Positions 56,556 through 64,000 of a stretch of 64,000 nt of DNA are shown here, one piece after another. Position 1 is the first letter of the stretch. Every line of letters starts with the position of its first letter. Source of the DNA: Armatimonadota bacterium (GTDB lineage: Bacteria > Sysuimicrobiota > Sysuimicrobiia > Sysuimicrobiales > Humicultoraceae); the NCBI GenBank assembly GCA_037443365.1, contig JBBIOM010000003.1, positions 1 to 64,000 on the forward strand, written 5' to 3'. The position numbers and the translations under genes were made by a program. The notes below the pieces were generated by a model. The model did not search any database. It saw only the letters and a list, made by a program, of their open reading frames with translations, and was not told the origin of the DNA.

Positions 56556-57527
56556 ATGCGCAGCGTGGTGGTGATGACGACAGGCGGCACGATCTCGACC
56601 CGGGACAGGGACGGCCGCGGGGCAACGCCCACCCTGCGCGGGGCCGATTTCCTGCGTGAGATTCCGGGGCTCGACGTAGTTGCCTCGGTGGAGGTGGAGG
56701 AGTTCGCCCTCATCCCGGGCGCGTACATGACGCTCGCCCGGATCCTGGAGATGAGCCGCCGCGCATCGGAGATAGTCGCGCGCCAGGACGTTTCGGGGCT
56801 GGTCATAACGCACGGGACCGACACGCTGGAAGAGTCGGCCTACTACCTGCACCTGACGGTGGCCGGCGATACCCCGGTGGTCTTCACCGGGGCGATGCGC
56901 AACGCATCGCAGATCGGATTCGACGGCTACCGCAACCTCTACGACGCGATCCGCACTGCGGCCTCACCCGAGGCGCGTGGGCGCGGCGTGCTGGTGGTGC
57001 TCAACGAGGAGGTCCACTCGGCGCGGTGGGTTACCAAGACCAGCGGGCAGAAGGAGGACACCTACAAGTCGCCGTTGACCGGCCCGGTGGGCATCGCGTA
57101 CGGAGACCGGATAGCGTTCGTCGCCGCGCCGCACCCGCGGCGCGTCTTGCCCAACGCCATGGAACCCAGGGTGGACCTGATCCGCCTGGCGGTGGACGCC
57201 GATGATCGGTTCCTGCGCTGCAGCCTGGGGAGCGGCTCGCGGGGGATCGTGATCGAGGCCTTTGGCGGCGGCCGCGTGCCGCCCAGGCTGCTGCCGGCCA
57301 TCGGCGACGCGCTGGGTGCCGGTGTCCCGGTGGTCGTCACGACGCGCTGCCACAGCGGCGAGATGTGGGACGCCTACGGATACGAGGGCGCGTTTCGTGA
57401 TCTCGCCGCGCGGGGGGTGTTCTTCGTGCACGACCTGCCCGGGCACAAGGCCCGCCTGAAACTCGCGGTGGGGCTGGGCAACGGCCTTGGCGGGGAGGCG
57501 CTGCGCGGCTACCTGGCGGAGGCCTGA
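56556..57527 (+). CDS. Asparaginase/glutaminase family amidohydrolase
   Basis: TTGGTI, HGTDTLEE, TGAMR, KARL. Confidence 0.92.
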   Translation: MRSVVVMTTGGTISTRDRDGRGATPTLRGADFLREIPGLDVVASVEVEEFALIPGAYMTLARILEMSRRASEIVARQDVSGLVITHGTDTLEESAYYLHLTVAGDTPVVFTGAMRNASQIGFDGYRNLYDAIRTAASPEARGRGVLVVLNEEVHSARWVTKTSGQKEDTYKSPLTGPVGIAYGDRIAFVAAPHPRRVLPNAMEPRVDLIRLAVDADDRFLRCSLGSGSRGIVIEAFGGGRVPPRLLPAIGDALGAGVPVVVTTRCHSGEMWDAYGYEGAFRDLAARGVFFVHDLPGHKARLKLAVGLGNGLGGEALRGYLAEA

Positions 57528-57537
57528 GGGGCCGAAA

Positions 57538-57567
57538 TTGACACTCCGAATCCGACCTTCTTATAAT
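57538..57567 (+). promoter_or_regulatory. Consensus sigma70 promoter TTGACA-N18-TATAAT
   Basis: Exact -35 (57538-57543) and -10 (57562-57567) hexamers upstream of coxG. Confidence 0.85.
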
Positions 57568-57641
57568 GAAAGATGGCACGGCGGGCGCTGCGGGCTAAGT
57601 GGCCCCCAGCCTCCGCCGGTCTCTCTTCCTGGAGGGCGAAC

Positions 57642-58103
57642 ATGAAGATAGAAGGCGAGCATCTCCTGCCGGCCGGGCGCGACCGGGTGTGGGCCGCGCT
57701 CAACGACCCCGAAGTGCTGGCCAGGACCGTCCCAGGGCTCAAGCAGCTCGCGCCTACTGGCAACGACACCTACGACGCCACGATCGAGCTTTCCATTGGA
57801 CCGGTGCACAGCACCTACCAGGGGCGCGCCCGAATCACCGACAAGAACTACCCGGAGAAGATGACCCTGACCGTGGAGGGGGGAGGACGGCCCGGAACGA
57901 TCAAGGCCGCGGGCACCCTGATGCTGGAGGCCCGCGATGCGGCGACGTTCGTGAGCTATACAGGGGACGTGCAGATGACCGGGATTCTGATGAGCGTCGG
58001 CCACCGCCTGTTCGGCGGCGTGGCGAAGCAACTGGCCGGCGTGTTCTTCAAGGCGCTGGAGCGCGAGGTGCGCCAGGGCGCGGACGAGGAGCCCGCCGGA
58101 TGA
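57642..58103 (+). CDS. coxG: CoxG/SRPBCC protein
   Basis: VWAALNDPEVLARTVPG, VGHRLFGGVAK; ATG after GGAGGG. Confidence 0.85.
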   Translation: MKIEGEHLLPAGRDRVWAALNDPEVLARTVPGLKQLAPTGNDTYDATIELSIGPVHSTYQGRARITDKNYPEKMTLTVEGGGRPGTIKAAGTLMLEARDAATFVSYTGDVQMTGILMSVGHRLFGGVAKQLAGVFFKALEREVRQGADEEPAG

Positions 58104-59002
58104 TACCGGCCGCCTTCGCCTATCACCGGCCTCGCACGGTGCGGGCGGCCCTGCGGCTCTTGCAACGCCACGGCCCGGACGCCAAGGTGTTGGCCGGCGG
58201 GCAAAGTCTGCTTCCCATGATGAAACTGCGGGTAGCAACCCCGGCACACCTGATAGACATCGGGCGCGCGGCCCCACTCCGGCGCATCCGGTACAGCCGG
58301 GGCGTGCTGCGCATCGGCTCGATGGCCACGCACAGGGAGATCGAGTCCTCGGCCGCGGTGCGCCGGTGCGCGCCGGTCCTCGCGGAGACCGCGGCGGTCA
58401 TAGGCGATCTTCAGGTGCGCAACCTCGGCACGATCGGCGGAACCCTGATGCACGCCGACCCTGTGGCGGACTACCCGGCCGCGGTGCTGGCTCTGGACGC
58501 GGAGACCGTGCTGATGGGTCCGGACGGCGCCCGGACCGTCCCGGCCGCGGAGTTCTTCACGGGGCCGATGACCACCGCGGCCAGCTGGGACGAGATCATG
58601 ACGGAGATCGTGGTTCGCGCCGCACCCGCCAGGCGCGGCGCAGCGTACCTGAAGATGCCCAATCCGGCCTCTGGCCTTGCCCTGGCCGGGGTAGCGGCCG
58701 TGGTCGGGCTGGATGGGGCCGGATGCTGCGCGCACGTGCGCGTGGGCATCACGGGCGTGGCATCCGCCCCCTACCTGGCCGCAGCGGTGGAGGCGGTCCT
58801 GGCAGGCCAGGAGCCCACTGACGCGCTGCTGGATCAGGCCGCGGCATCGGCCGCGGCCGGCGTGGATGCGATCTCGGATGTACACGCCAGCGCCCAGTAC
58901 AGGGCCCATCTGGCCCGCGTTCTGACGCACCGCGCCCTCGTGCTTGCCCGCGATCGGGCCCGCTCGACGCGAAGGCGCGCGCGTAGAGGGCCGCGCGCCT
59001 AG
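58100..59002 (+). CDS. coxM: CoxM-like FAD subunit
   Basis: MIPAAFAYHRP, AGGQSLLPMMKLR, QVRNLGTIGG, HADP. Confidence 0.9.
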   Translation: MIPAAFAYHRPRTVRAALRLLQRHGPDAKVLAGGQSLLPMMKLRVATPAHLIDIGRAAPLRRIRYSRGVLRIGSMATHREIESSAAVRRCAPVLAETAAVIGDLQVRNLGTIGGTLMHADPVADYPAAVLALDAETVLMGPDGARTVPAAEFFTGPMTTAASWDEIMTEIVVRAAPARRGAAYLKMPNPASGLALAGVAAVVGLDGAGCCAHVRVGITGVASAPYLAAAVEAVLAGQEPTDALLDQAAASAAAGVDAISDVHASAQYRAHLARVLTHRALVLARDRARSTRRRARRGPRA

Positions 59003-59968
59003 TTGCCGGAGCAGGAGATGCACTCCGAGATCAGCCACATCCAAGACCTGCTGGCCGCGCAGGGCTACGTGGCCGACAGGACCATCGCGACCAGCGTCTA
59101 CCTGTCCATCACCTTGCGCAAGCCCCTGCTCATAGAGGGCGCCGCGGGCGTTGGGAAGACCGAGGTGGCCAAGGTCATGGCCCGCGCCCTTGACGCCGAC
59201 CTCATCCGGCTTCAGTGCTACGAGGGCCTCGACGCCACCACCGCGCTGTACGAGTGGAACTACCAGAAGCAGCTCCTCCACATCCGGCTCTCCGAGGGCG
59301 GCGACCGCACCGTGGCCGAGCGCGAGGCCGAGATATTCAGCGAGCCGTTCCTGCTCAAGCGCCCGCTGCTGGACGCAATCACGAGGCCTCACCCCCCGGT
59401 GTTGCTCGTGGACGAGATAGACCGGGCCGACGAGGAGTTCGAGGCATTCCTGCTGGAGGTGCTCTCCGACTTCCAGGTCTCCATCCCTGAGATAGGCACG
59501 ATAGCGGCCAGTGCGATTCCCAATGTCGTGCTCACCAGCAACCGCACCCGGGAGCTCGGCGACGCCCTACGGCGGAGGTGCCTGTATCTCTGGATCGACT
59601 ACCCCACGTTTGAGAAGGAGCTGGAGATAGTCAGGCGCAAGGTGCCTTCGGTCAACGGACGGCTGGCAGAGCAGATAGGCGCCTTCATGCAGCTGATCCG
59701 CCGCGTCCGCCTGGACAAGGCGCCCGGTGTGGCCGAGACCCTCGACTGGAGCGCGGCGCTCATGGCGCTTCACCGCGACCACCTCGATCGCGCCGCGGTT
59801 GAGGAGACGCTGGGCGTGCTCTTCAAGCATCATGACGACGCCGCGGCGGTGAGGGCGCAATGGCTGGATCAGATTCTGGCGGGCCTCGCGGCACTGGAGC
59901 AGGAGGGACGCCCGTGGTCCCAGGAGGCAGTGGCGCGGGCCGCGGAGCGGCTCGCGATCCGCAGATAG
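59003..59968 (+). CDS. coxD: MoxR-type AAA+ ATPase (CoxD)
   Basis: GAAGVGKT, LQCYEGLD, LLVDEID, ALRRRC. Confidence 0.9.
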   Translation: MPEQEMHSEISHIQDLLAAQGYVADRTIATSVYLSITLRKPLLIEGAAGVGKTEVAKVMARALDADLIRLQCYEGLDATTALYEWNYQKQLLHIRLSEGGDRTVAEREAEIFSEPFLLKRPLLDAITRPHPPVLLVDEIDRADEEFEAFLLEVLSDFQVSIPEIGTIAASAIPNVVLTSNRTRELGDALRRRCLYLWIDYPTFEKELEIVRRKVPSVNGRLAEQIGAFMQLIRRVRLDKAPGVAETLDWSAALMALHRDHLDRAAVEETLGVLFKHHDDAAAVRAQWLDQILAGLAALEQEGRPWSQEAVARAAERLAIRR

Positions 59969-61107
59969 GGCGCAGGCGGCACGGCGACCTCGCGGCCAAC
60001 GTGGTGGCGTTCGCCCGCCTGCTGAGGGATCGCGGTCTGCGCGTCGGGCCGCTCGAGGCAGCCGAGGCGCTGCGCGCCCTGACGGTGGTGGATCTGGCCG
60101 ACCGCCTCGAGACCTATCTCGCGCTGAGGGCCGTACTGGCTTCGGGACCGGAGGCGCAGCGCGTATTCGACGGCGCGTTCTGGCAGTTCTGGGGCGATGC
60201 GCCGGAGATCGCGGGCGATCTCCCGCAAGAAGACGCTGGCACGCAGCCGCTGGACGGCCAGGGGGCGCTCGACCGTGTGATGATCGAGTGGCAGGACGCA
60301 GGCCCGGGCGACGCCGGCTCCGAGGGCGATCGCGTGCCGGCCTACAGCCCGGCCGAGGCGCTCACCCAGAAGGACTTCAGCACGCTCTCCGCCGACGAGT
60401 TGGATGAGATCACGGCGATCATAACCGCCATCGCCGAGAGAGTGGCGACACGCCTTTCGCGCCGCTCGAAGCACGCCCGCAGGGGGCATCTGGTGGACCT
60501 GCGGCGGACGATCCGGCACAGCCTGCGCCGCGGGGGCGAGATGCTGGACATCCTCAGGCGCGAGCGGAGGCTTCAGAAGACGCGCGTGGTGCTGCTGTGC
60601 GACGTCAGCGGCTCGATGGACCTGTACAGCCGCTTCCTGATCCAGTTCATCTACGCCCTGCAGCACACACTGGCCAGGGTCGAGACCTTCGTGTTCAGCA
60701 CCGGTCTTAGCCGGATAACGCGGGCGCTCGCTCACGCCGATCTCCATGCCGCCATGGACGAGATCGCCCGCGAGGTGCCCGACTGGTCCGGGGGTACGAA
60801 GATAGGGCGCAGCCTGCGCCGATTCCTGACCGACCACGGAGGGCACTCGCTCGATGCCCGGACAGTGGTCATCATCGCAAGCGACGGCTGGGACACGGGC
60901 GATTCCGAGGTCCTGGATGCCGCCATGTCCGAGTTGCGCCGTCGCGCCGCGCGCGTAATCTGGCTGAACCCGCTCCTGGCAAGCCCGGGATACGAACCGA
61001 TCTGCCAGGGCATGCGCGTCGCCCTGCCATACGTTGATGTCTTTGCGCCGGCGCACAACCTGGACAGCCTGCGCCGGCTGGAGCGCCATCTGGCGCGCAG
61101 CCCATGA
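59914..61107 (+). CDS. coxE: VWA domain protein (CoxE)
   Basis: DVSGSM MIDAS, WSGGTKIG, SDGWD, WLNPL. GTG start after AGGAGG; start uncertain. Confidence 0.88.
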   Translation: MVPGGSGAGRGAARDPQIGRRRHGDLAANVVAFARLLRDRGLRVGPLEAAEALRALTVVDLADRLETYLALRAVLASGPEAQRVFDGAFWQFWGDAPEIAGDLPQEDAGTQPLDGQGALDRVMIEWQDAGPGDAGSEGDRVPAYSPAEALTQKDFSTLSADELDEITAIITAIAERVATRLSRRSKHARRGHLVDLRRTIRHSLRRGGEMLDILRRERRLQKTRVVLLCDVSGSMDLYSRFLIQFIYALQHTLARVETFVFSTGLSRITRALAHADLHAAMDEIAREVPDWSGGTKIGRSLRRFLTDHGGHSLDARTVVIIASDGWDTGDSEVLDAAMSELRRRAARVIWLNPLLASPGYEPICQGMRVALPYVDVFAPAHNLDSLRRLERHLARSP

Positions 61108-62807
61108 AAGAGCTCGCCGATCTCCTTGCGTCAGCGCGCGCCGCGGCTGCTGCCGGGGAGGCGATGGCCCTGGCCACGATCATCGGCGTCAAGGGCTCCA
61201 CCTACCGGCGCGAGGGCGCCCGCATGCTCGTTGCCGGCTCGGGTCTTGCGACCGGCAACATCAGCGGGGGCTGCCTCGAACGCGACGTGGCGGCCGTGGC
61301 AATGGAGGTGATGGAGCGCCGGATCCCGCGCGTGGTGCTCTACGACCTGACCGCCGATGACGACGCGGTGTGGGGATTGGGCCTGGGATGCAACGGCGTG
61401 ATCGAGGTGTTCGTCGAGCCGGTGACCGGCGACGATCCGTTGTGGGAGGCCGCTGGAGCGGCGTTGGGCGGGGCCGCCGTGGGACTGGTCACCGTCGTGG
61501 AGGGAGGCGACACGCTGCCTGCAGGCAGACGCATGGTCGCCTGGCCCGATGGTCGCTGCCAGGGTAGCCTGGGAGAGGAGGCCGCAGACGCCGAGGCCGC
61601 GCGGCTCGCGCGGCGCGCCCAGACCGCCCTCGGAGCCCGGACGCACGAGATCCGCGCCAAGGGAGAAGGCCGCCTCCGGCTCTTCGTCGAGGGTCTGCGC
61701 CCCCCGCTGCGCCTGATCGTGTGCGGGGCAGGGCACGACGCGATTCCTGTGGTGCGCTTCGGATCGCAGCTTGGCTGGAGCGTGCTGGTCGTGGACAGGC
61801 GCAAGGAGTTCCTCACGCCCGAGCGGTTCCGGGGCGCAGCCGGGCTGATCTGCACGGAATTCCCCGATGCCGCGAGGGCGGCCACGACCGACCCCCTCAC
61901 GTTCGTGCTTGTCATGACGCACAACTACCTCCACGATCGCGATCTACTGCGGGCGTTCCTGCCGACGCCAGCGCGGTATCTGGGAATGCTGGGTCCCAGG
62001 GCGCGCACCGAGAAGATGCTGCGGGAGCTGGAATCCGAAGGCGTGGCGATCGACGACACCCGCCGCGCCCAGATCTACGGCCCGGTCGGCCTGGACATCG
62101 GCGGTGAGGGCCCGGATGAGATCGCGGTGGCGGCGCTGGCGGAGATTCTGGCGGTGGCACACGGGCGCGCGGGAGGATTCCTCCGCGCCCGTGCGGGTCC
62201 CATCCACCGGCCCGCGCAGGATGCCGGGGCACCGTACTCCGCCGTGATCCTGGCGGCCGGAGCCAGCACCCGCATGGGCCGTCCGAAGCTGGCGATTCCG
62301 GTACGGGGGGTGCCCATCATCCGGCGCGTCGCGGAGGCCGCGCTCGCCTCGCGCTGCGGTGAGGCAATCGTGGTGCTGGGCGCGCACGCGGAACTCTACC
62401 GCTCGCTGCTCGATGGGCTGGCGGTGCGGATCGTATTGAATCCGGACCCGAGCGAGGGCATGGGTTCCTCGATCCGCACCGGAGTCGCGGCCGTTTCACC
62501 GGAGGCAGCCGGGGCGGTCATCCTGCTGGCGGACCAGCCGCTCGTCACCGCGGAGGTGATTGACCGCCTGATCGAGGCCGCGCTGGCCGAAGGCCGGCGC
62601 ATCGCCGCCTCTGAATACCGGGGAGCGATAGTACCGCCGGTCTGCTTCCACCGGGACCTCTTCCCGGAACTGCTGGCCCTCCAGGGCGATCGGGGTGCAC
62701 GCAGCGTTGTCCTGGCCCATCCCCAGGAGGTCACGATGGTGCCGCTATCCGAGCCCTGCGCCCTCGACGTGGACACCGACGCCGATCTAACCGGCGCTGG
62801 CACGTAG
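61104..62807 (+). CDS. xdhC: XdhC/CoxF Moco chaperone fused to a MocA/MobA-like nucleotidyltransferase
   Basis: GSTYRREGA, ISGGCLE, MTHN, YLGMLG, PVGLDIG; then ILAAGASTRMGRPK, LADQP, GDRGAR, DVDT. Confidence 0.88.
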   Translation: MKELADLLASARAAAAAGEAMALATIIGVKGSTYRREGARMLVAGSGLATGNISGGCLERDVAAVAMEVMERRIPRVVLYDLTADDDAVWGLGLGCNGVIEVFVEPVTGDDPLWEAAGAALGGAAVGLVTVVEGGDTLPAGRRMVAWPDGRCQGSLGEEAADAEAARLARRAQTALGARTHEIRAKGEGRLRLFVEGLRPPLRLIVCGAGHDAIPVVRFGSQLGWSVLVVDRRKEFLTPERFRGAAGLICTEFPDAARAATTDPLTFVLVMTHNYLHDRDLLRAFLPTPARYLGMLGPRARTEKMLRELESEGVAIDDTRRAQIYGPVGLDIGGEGPDEIAVAALAEILAVAHGRAGGFLRARAGPIHRPAQDAGAPYSAVILAAGASTRMGRPKLAIPVRGVPIIRRVAEAALASRCGEAIVVLGAHAELYRSLLDGLAVRIVLNPDPSEGMGSSIRTGVAAVSPEAAGAVILLADQPLVTAEVIDRLIEAALAEGRRIAASEYRGAIVPPVCFHRDLFPELLALQGDRGARSVVLAHPQEVTMVPLSEPCALDVDTDADLTGAGT

Positions 62808-62814
62808 CATACCG

Positions 62815-64000
62815 CTAGCCCTGGGGGCGCCTGAGAACCCGCCCGGCCCTGGCGCCCGTATCCTCTCCGTGCTCGACGACGATCTGCCCGTTCACGATCA
62901 CGTGCTCGACGCCCGCGCAGAACCGGTGCGGATCGTGATAGGTCGCCAGATCGCAGACGCGATCCGGATCGAAGACCACGAGATCGGCGGCGCAGCCAGG
63001 GCGGATCAGCCCCAGGTCGTAGCGGCGCAGCCGCTGCGACGGGAGGGAGGTCATCTTGCGCACGGCCTCCTCGAGCCGCAGCACCCCGTCTTCGCGCACG
63101 TACCTGCCCAGCACGCGCACGAACGTGCCGTAGCTGCGCGGATGCGGCTTGCCCCCGGCCGCGGGCGAGAGCGTCCAGCCGTCGCTGGCGACGGCGACCG
63201 CGGGGTGACGCATCACGCGCCTCACGTCGTCCTCGGACATGGAGAAGGCTATCATCTGCACACCGCCGCGCCCGTCCTCCAGGATGTTCAGCGCTGCATC
63301 CACCGGGTCCTCGCCACGTGCGGCCGCGATCTCGGTGAGCATCCTGCCCTCGTATTCCTTCATGGGGCCTTCGGGGACGCGGCTGATCATGACGGCCTCG
63401 GCGTCGAACTCGCGTTCCCCCTTCCGCGGCGCCTCGGGGGCGGGAGACACGATCTCGGCGCGGATGCGCGCGCGCTGTTCGGGGTGTGCGAGGCGTGACA
63501 GCAGCGCGTCCATCCCACCTTCCATCGCCCACTTGGGCAATATCGCCGTCAGGGTGGTGCTGCTCGCGGCGTACGGGTACTGGTCGGCCAGCACGTCCTG
63601 GCCCGCGGCGCGCGCGCGGTCGATCATCTCCAGCGACGCGCCAACACGCCCCCAGTTCCGTTGGCCCGCCGCCTTGTGGTGGCTGAGTTGCACGGGCACC
63701 TTCCCCCGGCGTCCGATCTCCAGCGCCTCTTCGACCGCGTCGAGCAGCGAGTCGCCCTCACCCCGGATGTGCGTGGAGTAGAACGCGCCGTACCGTCCCG
63801 CGACTTCCGCCAGCGCTACGAGTTCGTCGGTTTCGGCGTAGCTCCCCGGAACGTAGATCAGGCCCGAGGAAAGGCCAAACACGCCCTGCTCGAACGCTCG
63901 TGCCACGTGAGAGCGCATCGCGTCCAGTTCCTGCGGCGAGGGCGCCCGGTCCTCGAAGCCCATCACCGCGACCCGCACCGTCCCTCCCCCAACCTGGAGG
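62815..64000 (-). CDS. N-acyl-D-amino-acid deacylase (D-aminoacylase-like amidohydrolase), 5'-partial
   Basis: GLSSGLIYVPG, HIRGE, SHHK, DQYPY, ASDG, HPRSYGTF, ADLVVFD; the frame is open past the window end. Confidence 0.9.
   Translation of the reverse strand, partial: LQVGGGTVRVAVMGFEDRAPSPQELDAMRSHVARAFEQGVFGLSSGLIYVPGSYAETDELVALAEVAGRYGAFYSTHIRGEGDSLLDAVEEALEIGRRGKVPVQLSHHKAAGQRNWGRVGASLEMIDRARAAGQDVLADQYPYAASSTTLTAILPKWAMEGGMDALLSRLAHPEQRARIRAEIVSPAPEAPRKGEREFDAEAVMISRVPEGPMKEYEGRMLTEIAAARGEDPVDAALNILEDGRGGVQMIAFSMSEDDVRRVMRHPAVAVASDGWTLSPAAGGKPHPRSYGTFVRVLGRYVREDGVLRLEEAVRKMTSLPSQRLRRYDLGLIRPGCAADLVVFDPDRVCDLATYHDPHRFCAGVEHVIVNGQIVVEHGEDTGARAGRVLRRPQG

Overview
GC-rich (about 65-70% by eye), gene-dense bacterial scaffold from a diderm organism (it encodes TolC), with one 100-N assembly gap. 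I saw no rRNA, tRNA, CRISPR array, integrase or transposase. Left to right: (1) a partial membrane-anchored NERD protein that the ORF track misses; (2) a three-gene operon behind a perfect 16-bp palindrome, encoding a 1226-aa B12-binding/central/GlmL-reactivase fusion, an opine dehydrogenase and a C45 Ntn-hydrolase; (3) an M50-CBS protease, a tungsten aldehyde oxidoreductase and its radical SAM maturase, a secreted 674-aa protein with thioester-domain-like and HExxH motifs, a nitrilase, an SDR and an acyl-CoA synthetase; (4) a TetR-led cluster with a Ser-nucleophile KAS III-like enzyme, CoA ligase, hydrolase, Liv-type ABC transporter, 3-hydroxybutyrate dehydrogenase and MaoC; (5) MacAB-TolC and an S41 protease; (6) a nucleobase-catabolism-like region (FdrA/YlbE, RidA, cyclase, CoA-transferase, AccD-AccA fusion, NCS2 permease) converging on fur-katG and a coxLMS-like/ylbF/EamA operon; (7) DUF47, two PiT paralogues, an asparaginase, coxG/M/D/E, an XdhC-MocA fusion and a partial D-aminoacylase. 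The best candidates for an undescribed system are the B12-enzyme/opine dehydrogenase/C45 operon and a possible oxidative pyrimidine (barbiturate/malonate) route built on an AllFGH-type transcarbamylase. All family calls come from motif recognition by eye; no database searches were run.
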